Numbered from the stretch's first letter, positions 32,207 to 42,959 are shown. The stretch: DNA of 64,000 nt from Candidatus Poribacteria bacterium (GCA_965215265.1 OZ244048.1:4352001-4416000), one strand, 5' to 3'. Notes: generated by a model not told the origin, from the letters alone. A program made the numbers and translations.

Positions 32207-32872
32207 ATGCGGATAACCCCTGCCGAACTCACCGCTCTCGTGTTATCCATTAAGGTTGCGTTGCTGAGCCTCCTCGTGATGTTGCCACCGGGCCTCCTTA
32301 TAGGATGGCTTCTGACAAAACGGACGTTCCCTGCAAAGGCTTTTCTAAATACATTTGTGATGTTACCGCAAGTGCTTCCGCCGGTGGTAAGTGGCTATCT
32401 GCTACTTGTCATTTTAAGCAAGCATGGATTCATAGGCAAATTTCTTTTCCAGTTTTTTGGGCTCGAGCTTGTTTTTTCTCAATCTGCGGTTATTATCGCG
32501 CTATCGTTGATATCCTTTCCACTATTGGTGCGAGGTATCCTGACTGGCATGGCATCCGTGCCGTCAGAACTTGAGAATGTGGCTCGGACGCTCGGTGCTT
32601 CGCCTCTTAAAGTGTTTTTTACGGTCACGTTACCCCTCGCCTCTCGTGGCATTATCGGGGGCATCATCCTCGGCTTTTCTAAAAGCCTTGGAGAATTTGG
32701 TGCAACGATTATGGTAGCAGGCAACATACCCGGTAAAACACAGACAATCGCACTTGCCATTTTCAACGCCGTGCAGCTTGGAGAGGATGCTTCTGTCTAT
32801 CGATTAGTTTTGATTTCAACCGTCATCGCTTTTGTTGCAATTTGGTTGGCGGAACGTTTCACCTTCCGGTAA
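32207..32872 (+). CDS. modB: Molybdate ABC transporter permease
   Basis: VLPPVVSGY, LGEFGATIMVAGNIPGKTQT. Confidence 0.92.
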   Translation: MRITPAELTALVLSIKVALLSLLVMLPPGLLIGWLLTKRTFPAKAFLNTFVMLPQVLPPVVSGYLLLVILSKHGFIGKFLFQFFGLELVFSQSAVIIALSLISFPLLVRGILTGMASVPSELENVARTLGASPLKVFFTVTLPLASRGIIGGIILGFSKSLGEFGATIMVAGNIPGKTQTIALAIFNAVQLGEDASVYRLVLISTVIAFVAIWLAERFTFR

Positions 32873-32924
32873 ACAGACTAAAACTGAGAGCCGCTGTTTC
32901 CCTTTCAATTGTCAAAAACAAAAC

Positions 32925-34073
32925 ATGTCACATCCTATCAAAATCAGGTTCAACGTTTGCAAGCATCTGGGCAGTTTCACCTTACAACTCAACTGCACGC
33001 TGACGAAAAAAGTTACTGCGTTTTTGGGCAGTTCTGGAAGTGGCAAAAGCACACTTCTTAATTGCCTCAGTGGCATTCTATCTCCGGATGAAGGAGAGAT
33101 TGTCTTTGACGATAAGGTACTTTATAGTTCTGAATTGGGTATTCACCTTCCTCCGGAGAAACGCGGATTCGGTTATATATTTCAAGACGGATACCTGTTT
33201 CCCCATCTCACGGTTGCACAGAATATCCGCTATGGTGAGAAATCTGTCAGTGCGCGTGGAAAAAGTGCTTTCCGCCAGACGGCTTCAGACTTAGATAAAG
33301 TGATCGAGATTCTCGAAATCACGACGTTGCTAGGACGTTACCCTAACCAACTTTCCGGCGGTCAACGTCAACGCGTCGCGATTGCCCGGGCCTTAGCTAT
33401 GAATCCACGGTTGCTACTGATGGATGAACCTCTCGCATCGCTTGACCACGGCTTAAAAAACCGGATTTTGCCTTACCTTCGCTACGTTAAAGAGGTTTTT
33501 GATATCCCAATTCTCTATGTGACGCACGCGATTTCAGAGGCGATTGCGATTGCGGATGAGGCGTTCCTGCTCAGCGACGGAAAGATTACAGCAAGTGGTG
33601 AACCGTATCAACTCTTGGCTGCCCCATCTGCGTTGCCGATAGCGCAGTTAGCTGGTGTCGAAAACATTCTATCTTTATCTGTTGCCTTTTCAGACAAAGC
33701 GGCTGGTGTCACGGTATTGAAGATTGGCAGTCAGCAGCTCGTCATTCCATATACCACGGATGCCCCCTTACACTTTCCGTCTGGCAGCGTGGCTATAGGC
33801 GAAAACAGCCGTTCCGTGCTGGTTGCTATTCGGGCAGAGGATATTATTATTTCACTTGAACCGAATCTGCCTATTAGCGCGCGTAATATTTTAAAAGGGA
33901 CAATTCATCAGATAAACCGTGTTGAGAACAGAACATTTTTGTCGATGCTTGTTGAGGGTTACCCGTTATCTGTGAAAATTACCCATGATGCTCACGAGCA
34001 GCTTCAATTGAGCGTGGGGATGTCTTGTTATTGTGTTATCAAGGCCAATGCTATTAATCTGCTCTGGAATTAG
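32925..34073 (+). CDS. modC: Molybdate ABC transporter ATPase
   Basis: GSSGSGKST, LSGGQRQR, TOBE domain ISARN. Confidence 0.9.
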   Translation: MSHPIKIRFNVCKHLGSFTLQLNCTLTKKVTAFLGSSGSGKSTLLNCLSGILSPDEGEIVFDDKVLYSSELGIHLPPEKRGFGYIFQDGYLFPHLTVAQNIRYGEKSVSARGKSAFRQTASDLDKVIEILEITTLLGRYPNQLSGGQRQRVAIARALAMNPRLLLMDEPLASLDHGLKNRILPYLRYVKEVFDIPILYVTHAISEAIAIADEAFLLSDGKITASGEPYQLLAAPSALPIAQLAGVENILSLSVAFSDKAAGVTVLKIGSQQLVIPYTTDAPLHFPSGSVAIGENSRSVLVAIRAEDIIISLEPNLPISARNILKGTIHQINRVENRTFLSMLVEGYPLSVKITHDAHEQLQLSVGMSCYCVIKANAINLLWN

Positions 34074-34187
34074 GAGATTAGGGAACTAGTGGAACATCTC
34101 TAATCAGTTGGGTGCTGTAGCCTTCACGCCCGCCGAATGCCGCCCGGCACTCGGTTCTCTTACAGTGATGTACGTTCCACCTTACGC

Positions 34188-34844
34188 TTATTGCTTGCCT
34201 TGATGAGAACGCTGAAGTTCTTGCCAAAATTTATCTACCTGCTGGTGGAGTTGCTGAAGGGTGCCGCTGTTTTCTATGATAACATCGGCATACTTCAGCT
34301 TCTCTGCTAACGGCATTTGTGCGGCAATCCGGGCGTAGACCTGATTTTCGGTAAGCGGTTTGCCTTGGGCCCGGCTGCGTTCTAGAGTGCGCTGAACCTG
34401 TTTCTCTTGTGAGGCAGTGACGACTACAATCACATCTACTGTGTCGTATGCCCCGGCTTCAATGAGAAGCGGGGCATCAAGCAGAACGATGCATTCAGGA
34501 TTTTCTGTAACAAGTTGTCGTGCATGTTCGCGTGAACGTTGAATGATCAAAGGGTGTAGCATCGCATTTAACCGTTCACGCGCGGCTTTATCATTGAAAA
34601 CAAGACTGCCGAGTTTTTTTCGGCTAACATTCCCTGATTCTTCAAGGATTTTTTCGCCAAAAGTTTCAACCAGGTCATGAATTACGGGGCTGTCTGCTTT
34701 GAGGAGTTGATGGCCGACTTCGTCAGCATTAATCGGAATCGCGCCCTTTTCTGCGAGGAGTTCGGAGACGGTTGTTTTTCCGCACGCGATACCTCCTGTA
34801 ATACCGATGAGCGTCCCCCGTCTGCCTTGTCTTTGTGTATCCAT
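34188..34844 (-). CDS. coaE: Dephospho-CoA kinase
   Basis: GITGGIACGKTT, LHPLI, DAPLLIE. Confidence 0.95.
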   Translation of the reverse strand: MDTQRQGRRGTLIGITGGIACGKTTVSELLAEKGAIPINADEVGHQLLKADSPVIHDLVETFGEKILEESGNVSRKKLGSLVFNDKAARERLNAMLHPLIIQRSREHARQLVTENPECIVLLDAPLLIEAGAYDTVDVIVVVTASQEKQVQRTLERSRAQGKPLTENQVYARIAAQMPLAEKLKYADVIIENSGTLQQLHQQVDKFWQELQRSHQGKQ

Positions 34845-34880
34845 GCTTACAATGAGAAATATCTTAATCTTTTCTTGATG

Positions 34881-36938
34881 CTAAAATGCAACTGTAATTC
34901 CTAAAGTTGGAACGATTGGAAAAAGTGGTTCTTCTTCGATGAGACAATCGATAATCTTACCGGTATTTTCATCTCGGATTTCACTAAGTGCATATTGATC
35001 TACGTTTGTACGGTTGTATAGGTTTAAGATTTGAAAGTACCACGTGAGTTCCCAGCGTTTATAAGGGCTCCGCTTTGTAATCCGAAAATCGAGACTATGG
35101 TATGGCGGCAGCCGTTCGGAATGAGTTTTGCCAAATTGGCGTTCACACGCGCTGCCGCCATTAGGCAGATTTACCAGGGTGTGAATCAACGGTGTGCTCG
35201 GTTCCCCGGTATAAAACCGCCAGCTGAGATAGAGGTGCCACGTCAGGGAGAGTTGGTGACTACTGCTCACTGCGAGGGAATGCCGCCTATCATACTGTCT
35301 AAAGATGGTTTCGTTGCCTGCGATTTCTTTCGCTATGCCATAGGCGTAGCCAATGCTCCACGCCCATTGATGAGATATTGCATGTGTGACAAACATATCA
35401 ATGCCTTTTGCATTTCCAGATTCCGGTGACACGAAAACCTGGTTTTGCCGTCCGAATTCTCTAAGTCGCCCCGCGAGGTTATCAAATGTGTTGTAGTAAC
35501 CTTCCACACGCATCAAGAAATTTTGAGTCGGTGTGTATTCAGCCCCGACTACGTAATGCGTTGCTTGCTCAGCGTGCCCGACTGTTTTAACACCGTCCTC
35601 TATAGGCAGGCCCATCAGATGAATCGGTTGATGGTAGATGCCCCAGGTGCCGCGCAAAATAATATTTTCCGTTGGCTGTACGGCAAGCGCCAGCCGAGGA
35701 CCTATCTCATAACGTTGGATATTCGCCGCCCGATAATTTTGAAAAAAGTAACGCCCCCCTACCTGAATCGCTAGTTTTGAAGTCGGCTGCCATTCATCTT
35801 GCAAAAATGCTGTAACTTCACTACCAGTACCCTCAAAATTGACATGGATTGACTCATATCGGTTTATGCCGGACTGCCTTTCTTGAACGTCATAATCATA
35901 CTGTCCAGCCAACCAACGCCATGAAAGCCCGCTGCGGAAGGTATGTTTTTCAAGTGCGTTCACCGTAGCTTCCGCTTTCATGCCGACAAATCCGAATTCA
36001 CGATTGTCAAAGTTAGCTTTTCCTGTTGTTCTATCTTGCCCCGCGGTGCCCGTAAAAATAAATACATCCGTCCAATTAGATGTTCCGAAGACGTGCCGCC
36101 ACTTTGTCCAAGCCGTCGCATTATCATAGCGGGAGTCCAGGTTGTTGTCCACATCATCGACGCGAATACGGTTCTTATCCCAACCGTATAACCCGTTAAC
36201 CGTGAGTGTATCTCTTGCTGTCAATTGGTAGGTGAGTTTTCCGTAGACATCGGCGTATTGCGGTTTGTATCTTTCGTCGATATCCATAAGCCCGAGAATT
36301 AAATCGACGTATCCACGGCGTGCTGAGAGCATCCAGCCGCCTTTTTGAGATAGAGGTCCCTCGAGCAGAGCCGTGGCGTTAATGAGATCCAGACCGAAAT
36401 CTGCGGAGAATTTCTGGGCGTTTGCCGCCTTTGTGGTTATGTCAAAGACACCGGACATCTTCTCTCCATATTCTGCCGGGAATCCCCCTATTAACAGTTC
36501 GGCACGCTGGATTAATCCGAGTCCAATGAGTGAGATAGCTCCTCCGAAGTCCTGGAGGTGATAAGGATTATAGAGTTCCATACCGTCTAACCTAACGGCA
36601 ATATCGTCTTTTTCTCCGCCGCGTACACTAAATCTCGCGCTGTAGTCGCTGGCAACCACACCAGGCAAGGTGTGTGCAGAACGCATCACATCATTATCAA
36701 TGAGCGGAAAACGTTCAATCTGTTTCTTAGATAGTGAGAGTCGTGCAGATGCCCCGTCATAAATCGCAAATCGTCCTGGGGTGACAACGATTTTTTTCAA
36801 TTGAATGGGCGCTGGCTGTTCTTGCAAGGTAGGCGCTTCTGAAGTTGTACTATCTTCCGCAGCAAGAGACGTAGAAATTCCGCAAAATAGGATATACAGA
36901 ATGATATATATTGAATGCTGGAAGTAGTGCGTGAGCAT
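34881..36938 (-). CDS. TonB-dependent receptor
   Basis: Signal peptide, plug domain (FSVRGG, GGFPAEYG), terminal Phe. Confidence 0.88.
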   Translation of the reverse strand: MLTHYFQHSIYIILYILFCGISTSLAAEDSTTSEAPTLQEQPAPIQLKKIVVTPGRFAIYDGASARLSLSKKQIERFPLIDNDVMRSAHTLPGVVASDYSARFSVRGGEKDDIAVRLDGMELYNPYHLQDFGGAISLIGLGLIQRAELLIGGFPAEYGEKMSGVFDITTKAANAQKFSADFGLDLINATALLEGPLSQKGGWMLSARRGYVDLILGLMDIDERYKPQYADVYGKLTYQLTARDTLTVNGLYGWDKNRIRVDDVDNNLDSRYDNATAWTKWRHVFGTSNWTDVFIFTGTAGQDRTTGKANFDNREFGFVGMKAEATVNALEKHTFRSGLSWRWLAGQYDYDVQERQSGINRYESIHVNFEGTGSEVTAFLQDEWQPTSKLAIQVGGRYFFQNYRAANIQRYEIGPRLALAVQPTENIILRGTWGIYHQPIHLMGLPIEDGVKTVGHAEQATHYVVGAEYTPTQNFLMRVEGYYNTFDNLAGRLREFGRQNQVFVSPESGNAKGIDMFVTHAISHQWAWSIGYAYGIAKEIAGNETIFRQYDRRHSLAVSSSHQLSLTWHLYLSWRFYTGEPSTPLIHTLVNLPNGGSACERQFGKTHSERLPPYHSLDFRITKRSPYKRWELTWYFQILNLYNRTNVDQYALSEIRDENTGKIIDCLIEEEPLFPIVPTLGITVAF

Positions 36939-37078
36939 TCAGTTGTACCTCGTGAAGAAATTCATCGGAGTCAACATAAACGGGCTGGTCGAACTACTTA
37001 ATTAGTGATGCATTCAGTCTATCATTTTCGGTAGCTCAAATGGCACAACCCGCTTCAACTATCTGTCCTATAAATGTA

Positions 37079-37107
37079 AGTATACCTTAATTGTGGGAAA
37101 AAGTCAA
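37079..37107 (-). promoter_or_regulatory. Sigma70-like promoter for the TonB-dependent receptor
   Basis: TTGACT-N17-TATACT. Confidence 0.5.
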
Positions 37108-37429
37108 TTTTTTCGGAAAGACACGTTTCAGTTTCCAGTTTGCTTCGTAATATGATTGGGGACTATGGATAAAACGGAACTCGAACATCGTGAAGTTGAA
37201 CCAATTCATAAACAAGGAAAAATCAAATTACGCTTGTTCATTTGGTATTTTTTTTGAAATATGCTATCCTATCAACGTTGAAAAAGTCATTTCATTGCAA
37301 AACCCTCACGAAGATGTTATGATTTCCTTAATAATCGTAACATTGCATTTTTGCATTTAGAAAGTTAAATTGCAAAAAGTGTAAAAAATTTTCTTTGAAC
37401 TCAAACCCGGACTTCAAAGTTCTACTATT

Positions 37430-39187
37430 ATGGAAAAAATACAAGCAATGACGGTAAAAGCGACATCTGCTTTAAAACAGGGGCTGACTTTCCTATGTCA
37501 GCAACAGCGTGAAGAAGGGTACTTTGAGGGACAACTCTCCTCAAGCACGTTTCCTTCGTGTGCTTATGCCTGGGTACAATTAGCTCAAGGCAAAACGGTT
37601 GAATCTCACCTTATTGAATGGTTTATGGCAAATCAGAATCAAGGTGGCGCGTGGGGATTAGACACTGCTAATATATCAAACTCCGAGGCGACGTTGTTTG
37701 TTAAATTGATTCTGGAACAGATTCATCAACGGACTTCGGACCCACGGCTTGAAAAAGTACTGGAATCAATTCCAACGCATTCGCTATCCCTCGCCCTGAT
37801 CAAATTGACTTACGCTGCTTTTAATCAGTTTGATTGGAACGAGCTCACCGTATCAGAAAAAGCATTGCCGTTGATGAAGTTAGTAAAACAATTGGCGAAA
37901 ATTCCTATGCTTCGCAAGTGGTTAAAAACGCCCCGACATCGGTTGCCCCCGGTTGCTCTGTTCAACACGTCACTATTTGAGGAATTATTCATCGCTGAGC
38001 AGCATACCCTCGTGCCGGTTTTTATCCTGATAGAACTGAATACAACAAAACGTCCTGATATGATTGCGTCGCTTCTACAGTGGTTAAAATCACACGTTTT
38101 GAGCGATGGAAGTTGGTTCCGGGTAAATTACATTACGGCTTTATCGGTTTTAGCTCTGATTGAACTTCAAGATAAATGGCAGGTTGATGACGACATTCCG
38201 GTGATGCTGGAGAAGGCCCTCGTTTGGCTTGGCTCTACCTGCAACCGTGATGGTGGTTGCCGTGAAGCATTAAATCTGAACGTTTGGGATACTGCCTTGT
38301 CGATTATTACCCTTACAGATGTTGGTACTAGAGAAGGGACGGCCAATTCTGAAGTGCATCCGTTTTCACAATCTTTGGCAGCCGCTACTGGATGGCTCGT
38401 TGCGCATCAAAATTCCGATGGCGGATGGGCATTTTCTGGGCTATCCGACAGTTCACTCCCAAGTGATGCGGACGATACTGCCTTGGCAACCCTCGCGCTA
38501 CTGCGAGCTGCAGTATCGGACGCGGACGCGGCAATTCAACGCGGTGTGGCGTGGTTAAAATGCAATCAGGGTACTGACGGGAGTTGGAGCACATACCAAC
38601 CTGGGCAAGGCGATGTTGGGTGCGTCAGCATCACTGCTCATGCAATTGAAGCATTGCTTGCCTATGGCGAAAACGAGGACGCGATTGAACGTGGCATTCG
38701 CTGGCTCCGCCGTGAAATGCATCCTGATGGCTATTGGGACGATCTTTGGTTGGCAAAGCGGACTTACGGCACCGCTCATGCTATCACTGCTTTTGTCAAG
38801 GTCGGAATGGCGGACATACCTGAAGTCGCTCGCGGCGTAAAATGGTTAGAAGGCACGCAAAACGCAGATGGAGGTTGGGGGGAAGATATGTTCGGCAACC
38901 GAACTGCCAGTACGGTGGAGCAGACAGCGTGGAGCACCTATTCACTGTTACTCGCTATGCCTGATAACCGAGCTGCCCAAAGAGGTATTGATTTTCTCTG
39001 CGAGTGCCAACGCCAAGACGGTTCATGGGAGGAGAGCTGCGTCGGTATCTATTGGGAAATTATCGGTGGCTACGCTGATCCGATTTACGCCTCTGTTTTC
39101 CCGTTGTTGGCTTTAAATCAATACATACAAGGCACCCCTTTATTCACAAAGCAGACCGAACGGAATGTGCCTTCAGACGCATCTTAA
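37430..39187 (+). CDS. Squalene-hopene cyclase-like class II terpene cyclase
   Basis: DADDTA protonation motif, VWDTAL, multiple QW repeats (QNSDGGW, QNADGGWGE, QRQDGSW). Confidence 0.8.
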   Translation: MEKIQAMTVKATSALKQGLTFLCQQQREEGYFEGQLSSSTFPSCAYAWVQLAQGKTVESHLIEWFMANQNQGGAWGLDTANISNSEATLFVKLILEQIHQRTSDPRLEKVLESIPTHSLSLALIKLTYAAFNQFDWNELTVSEKALPLMKLVKQLAKIPMLRKWLKTPRHRLPPVALFNTSLFEELFIAEQHTLVPVFILIELNTTKRPDMIASLLQWLKSHVLSDGSWFRVNYITALSVLALIELQDKWQVDDDIPVMLEKALVWLGSTCNRDGGCREALNLNVWDTALSIITLTDVGTREGTANSEVHPFSQSLAAATGWLVAHQNSDGGWAFSGLSDSSLPSDADDTALATLALLRAAVSDADAAIQRGVAWLKCNQGTDGSWSTYQPGQGDVGCVSITAHAIEALLAYGENEDAIERGIRWLRREMHPDGYWDDLWLAKRTYGTAHAITAFVKVGMADIPEVARGVKWLEGTQNADGGWGEDMFGNRTASTVEQTAWSTYSLLLAMPDNRAAQRGIDFLCECQRQDGSWEESCVGIYWEIIGGYADPIYASVFPLLALNQYIQGTPLFTKQTERNVPSDAS

Positions 39188-39192
39188 GCACC

Positions 39193-39864
39193 ATGGTTTC
39201 GGTTATTATTCCAATTTTGAACGAAGAGATGATATTGGAAAAGAACCTGTCTCAACTTCAATCTGAGTTGACCAACCAGGAACTTATCCTCGTAGATGGT
39301 GGAAGCACCGATGCTTCGGTTTACATCGCGGAGAAATATGGGAGAGTGCTTCTATCTGAACAGGGACGTGCAAAACAGTTGAATGCAGGAGCAACCGGAG
39401 CAACTGGCGACATTCTTCTTTTCTTGCACGCGGATGTTTGGCTTGAACCGGGGGCGATCACTGCAGTAGAAGCTGCGATCGCTGATGGGTACGTTGGCGG
39501 AGCGTTTCGGCAAAAGATTGACGGTCATCATTTTTTGTTTCGTGTGATTGAGAGCGCCGCTAATTTTCGTGCAAAACGGTTAAAGGTATTTTATGGTGAT
39601 GGCGGCATTTTCCTTGCACGTGACGATTTTCTGAAAATCGGAGGATTTCCGGAGATACCGATTTTGGAAGAGATGGGGTTTTCGCAGGGGCTGCGGCGTT
39701 TGGGTAAGACGGTGCTGATTGAGCCGGGCATCCATATCTCCGCAAGACGCTGGGAAGCACGCGGTATTGTCCGCACAACGTTAAACAATTGGCTGATAAC
39801 GGCTCTCTATTTTTGTGGTTTCTCACCGGAGCGACTCGCGAAACTCTATCAGCACATTCGGTAG
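39193..39864 (+). CDS. GT2 glycosyltransferase (TIGR04283-like)
   Basis: VIIPILNEE, VDGGSTD, GRAKQLNAGA, LFLHAD, SARRWE. Confidence 0.85.
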   Translation: MVSVIIPILNEEMILEKNLSQLQSELTNQELILVDGGSTDASVYIAEKYGRVLLSEQGRAKQLNAGATGATGDILLFLHADVWLEPGAITAVEAAIADGYVGGAFRQKIDGHHFLFRVIESAANFRAKRLKVFYGDGGIFLARDDFLKIGGFPEIPILEEMGFSQGLRRLGKTVLIEPGIHISARRWEARGIVRTTLNNWLITALYFCGFSPERLAKLYQHIR

Positions 39865-40107
39865 CGACGTTTTTATAGGTGGATAGGAGATCTCTGCGTT
39901 TTTTTTAGGAAGAGGCTTTGGCTTATGCCCTATTTCTGCTTGATTTCGCCCCGGATCCATGACGTAGATTTCCGAATTGCCATCTCGAGAGGAATTGAAG
40001 ATTCTCTAAAGCAGGAATACAGAAACCCCTAAAATCGCTTGAAGCTACCTCTTCTCAAAGACGGCATCGATATCAGCGGTGCTTCAACCCACCACTGGTA
40101 TCTGCTG

Positions 40108-40371
40108 TTAATACTTCGGGAGTTGAGTGCTAAGGCGTTTCCGTTGCACCCAAATGTGTCGAGTGTTCAGTTGGTTAAACATCGGTAGACTCCTTTCTAA
40201 TACGGATACAACCAGATGCTCAAAATCAATCAACGCGGCGAGTTCTGCCGCAACGATTTCTAACAAGCCCCGGACGTTTTCCTTGTTTTCTAATAAGCGG
40301 CGTATGCTCCGGTCGGAAAAGTTCGAAACAGACATCTCGGACAAAAAGTCGTGGATGTCCCTCTTCTGCAT
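40108..40371 (-). pseudogene. Truncated duplicate of the Rpn 5' end
   Basis: First ~54 codons and upstream region nearly identical to 41628 downward, then unrelated sequence. Confidence 0.8.
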
Positions 40372-40491
40372 ATTAGACTCCTAAAACGTGTCAGCTGGCA
40401 AGTGCTTTCCTTCTCAAAACGCCTAGGGTTCCTACCTGACACCCCGACAAGAGCAGCCCGGTGCCGGCCATGGCGCTCGGCACGTGCGTTT

Positions 40492-41628
40492 CTATAGTTC
40501 TAATGCCTGTAGGAATGCTTGAAAACTGTCGGTTTTGACGGCTGTCAGCAGCAGCAGCTCGAGGTATTCGAGGTCAGAAAGCGTTTCGAGTTGCTGCGTG
40601 GCAGTGTGTATGTCACAATGAGGGAATCGCGCATTGAGGACGGCGGTTATATTTTTGATAGCATTCTGGCACGCCCCTCGCTCAATCCCTTCTTCTCGCC
40701 CTTCTTCTCGCCCTTCTTCTCGCCCTTCTTCTCGCCCTTCTTCTATGCCTCGTTCTATGCCTTGTGCCAAGCCTCGTTCGAAGAGGAATTCGGCCATTGT
40801 CTCTGCCATCGGTGCTACCTCCATATCACTCGTATGCCGGTCTACCAGTTCTATCAACTCTTCTTGCTCTTCCTTTGAACGCCGATGCACAATCAGCGAT
40901 ACCAGATACATTATCGCTTCCCGCCGCTGCCCAGAATCCGCCGCATCAAGCGCCGCCAACTGCGTCAAAGTCTCCACTAAGGCGCGGCTTATAGACGCTT
41001 TGTCTGAATCTCCTTGTTGCAGCACTCTCATCAGCCACCCGAACGGATGCGCCGCCTCTGTCAGCGTCGCCTTGTCTGTGCGGTTCAGATTCAGAAACAG
41101 GATGTCAAATCTCGGAACGAATCTAGAGAGCGCCGCGGGCAGATTCATCATCGCCTCAAGTGTCAGTGGCTTTTCCCACCGCCGCTCCCCTGTGTAAAAC
41201 ACCACGGGCAGAATCGGCGGCAATACACGCTCTCTTCTCGGCACCTTCTCGGCCGCCCACCGCCGCCGCTCTGCGTCCCAAATCAGCATCATGTAGAAAA
41301 GCACACGAAACCCCATCGTCTCATCTACCGTCGATTGATGTTCAATCAGCAGATAGATGAGCAGCTCTGCCGCACCCTCATCCGTATCACTTTTGAAGGG
41401 CACCCGATACACAATGTCTGCCTCTTGTTCTCGGAGAGTGGCGGGCAGCAGACTCCTATTCATTGGAACCAGATGCTCAAAGTCAATCAACGCGGCGAGT
41501 TCTGCCGCAACGATTTCTAACAAGCCCCGGACGTTTTCCCTGTTTTCTAATAAGCGGCGTATGCTCCGATCCGAAAAGTTCGAAACAGACATCTCGGACA
41601 AAAAGTCGTGGATGTCCCCCTTCTGCAT
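40492..41628 (-). CDS. Rpn family recombination-promoting nuclease / putative transposase (YhgA-like)
   Basis: EADIVYRV, LLIEHQS, PVVFYTG, C-terminal EEGR repeats. Confidence 0.9.
   Translation of the reverse strand: MQKGDIHDFLSEMSVSNFSDRSIRRLLENRENVRGLLEIVAAELAALIDFEHLVPMNRSLLPATLREQEADIVYRVPFKSDTDEGAAELLIYLLIEHQSTVDETMGFRVLFYMMLIWDAERRRWAAEKVPRRERVLPPILPVVFYTGERRWEKPLTLEAMMNLPAALSRFVPRFDILFLNLNRTDKATLTEAAHPFGWLMRVLQQGDSDKASISRALVETLTQLAALDAADSGQRREAIMYLVSLIVHRRSKEEQEELIELVDRHTSDMEVAPMAETMAEFLFERGLAQGIERGIEEGREEGREEGREEGREEGIERGACQNAIKNITAVLNARFPHCDIHTATQQLETLSDLEYLELLLLTAVKTDSFQAFLQALEL
40677..40742. repeat. 12-nt tandem repeat encoding (EEGR)n
   Basis: (CCCTTCTTCTCG)x4-5. Confidence 0.9.
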
Positions 41629-41692
41629 ATTATACTCCTAAAACGTATCAGTTGTCAAGTGCTTTTCGTCTCAAAACTCCTACTTTTTATTT

Positions 41693-41721
41693 ATGATAAC
41701 ACATCTGGGAATCATTGTCAA
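41693..41721 (-). promoter_or_regulatory. Sigma70 promoter for rpn
   Basis: TTGACA-N17-TATCAT with extended TG. Confidence 0.55.
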
Positions 41722-41745
41722 GCAGAGAGAAATCGGTATCACCTG

Positions 41746-41799
41746 AAAAAAAAGAGGTGTGATAGCATTCGGCACACGGCCTACTCACTATCACACCTC
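41746..41799 (-). terminator. Intrinsic terminator-like hairpin
   Basis: 12-bp stem GAGGTGTGATAG/CTATCACACCTC followed by T8 on the minus strand. Confidence 0.6.
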
Positions 41800-41983
41800 A
41801 GGTTTTATCTTTCGCTGCTCATAAGCCGAGCTGCACGCAGCTCGGAAGAGGTAAAGGCGTAAAGATTTAAGGCGTGACAGCCCTCGCACACCGGAACCCG
41901 AAGCTGCCGAACGCGAACTATTTACCACAATGTCCGCTATAAATATTCTTAATCCTGATAATTTAGACGCTCATAAACACTTT

Positions 41984-42775
41984 TTATTTGCTATCGGGTA
42001 GATAAAGGACTTCTGGCGGGATAATCTCTTCTTTTTGATCTGGTGGCCACCAAAACAATCGCAGTCCTTGTTCCCCATACCCTTGGAAATATCGGATTTC
42101 TATATCGTGTAATCCAGTGGTGAGCTCCACTGGACCATACGCAGTGGTGAAATCCTGTCTTCCGTCATTTTGTACGATACGCCTTCTTTTGACATACACC
42201 TGAGCACCATCATCGGATTGGATTTTAAAGATGTGGAGGCCGGGGTTTTCAACCAGCAGTCTCCCGCGGAACCGCATTGCGAAATCGCGGGTGTGATGGA
42301 TTCCCAGTTCGTCAAAGGGGCCTCGTCTTTGGTGCCAATTAATATTGTCTACGACAAAGGTCTTAACTGGTTTTAGCCATCTGAAATTTGGTATCGCTCT
42401 CAGGAAGCTGATGCCAGGTGTATAGACCTCCGCCTGCAAGCCATTTTGGGGGACTGCTTCTCCCATGCGTCCTGCTACCAAGGTGAGGTCGAGGATATTG
42501 ATTCTTCCGTCGCCGTTTAGATCAGGATTCGGCCTCTCATTTGCAACGGCAACCCCCCCCAACCTCGACGCAACTGCAGTCAGATCCAGGATGTTTATAA
42601 CGCCGTCGCGATTGAGATCGGAAGTCTTTAACAGATTTAAAGCGATTAACGGATCCACGGGCTTCGTTTCGGCTTTGAGAGAATCACTGTTTTCGAGATT
42701 ACCGGCGGCGTTGGGCGAAACACACAACACTGCGATAAGCAGCAAGTTCAGAATTATTACACTTTTTTTATTCAT
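41984..42775 (-). CDS. Secreted protein with dockerin-like repeats and PA14 domain
   Basis: DLNRDGVINILDL / DLNGDGRINILDL; FAMRFRG, SDDGAQVYV, YFQGYG. Confidence 0.85.
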   Translation of the reverse strand: MNKKSVIILNLLLIAVLCVSPNAAGNLENSDSLKAETKPVDPLIALNLLKTSDLNRDGVINILDLTAVASRLGGVAVANERPNPDLNGDGRINILDLTLVAGRMGEAVPQNGLQAEVYTPGISFLRAIPNFRWLKPVKTFVVDNINWHQRRGPFDELGIHHTRDFAMRFRGRLLVENPGLHIFKIQSDDGAQVYVKRRRIVQNDGRQDFTTAYGPVELTTGLHDIEIRYFQGYGEQGLRLFWWPPDQKEEIIPPEVLYLPDSK

Positions 42776-42912
42776 AAAGAACTCCTTATTTTTCTTTGTC
42801 CAAATCGGAGGGGTAGAGGTGGATACCGATTCTTTGCTGATTTAAATTTAAATACATCCTCGGGTATTTTCTATGTTATTTTTCTACTAAGCAGGCGTTG
42901 TTAATCAAGTGC

Positions 42913-42959
42913 GGCTATGTATCTGCTGCCCATAACCACAGATACATAGCCCTTTTTTT
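42913..42959 (+). terminator. Hairpin plus T7 (oriented opposite to the flanking genes)
   Basis: GGCTATGTATCTG-N13-CAGATACATAGCC-C-TTTTTTT. Confidence 0.5.
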
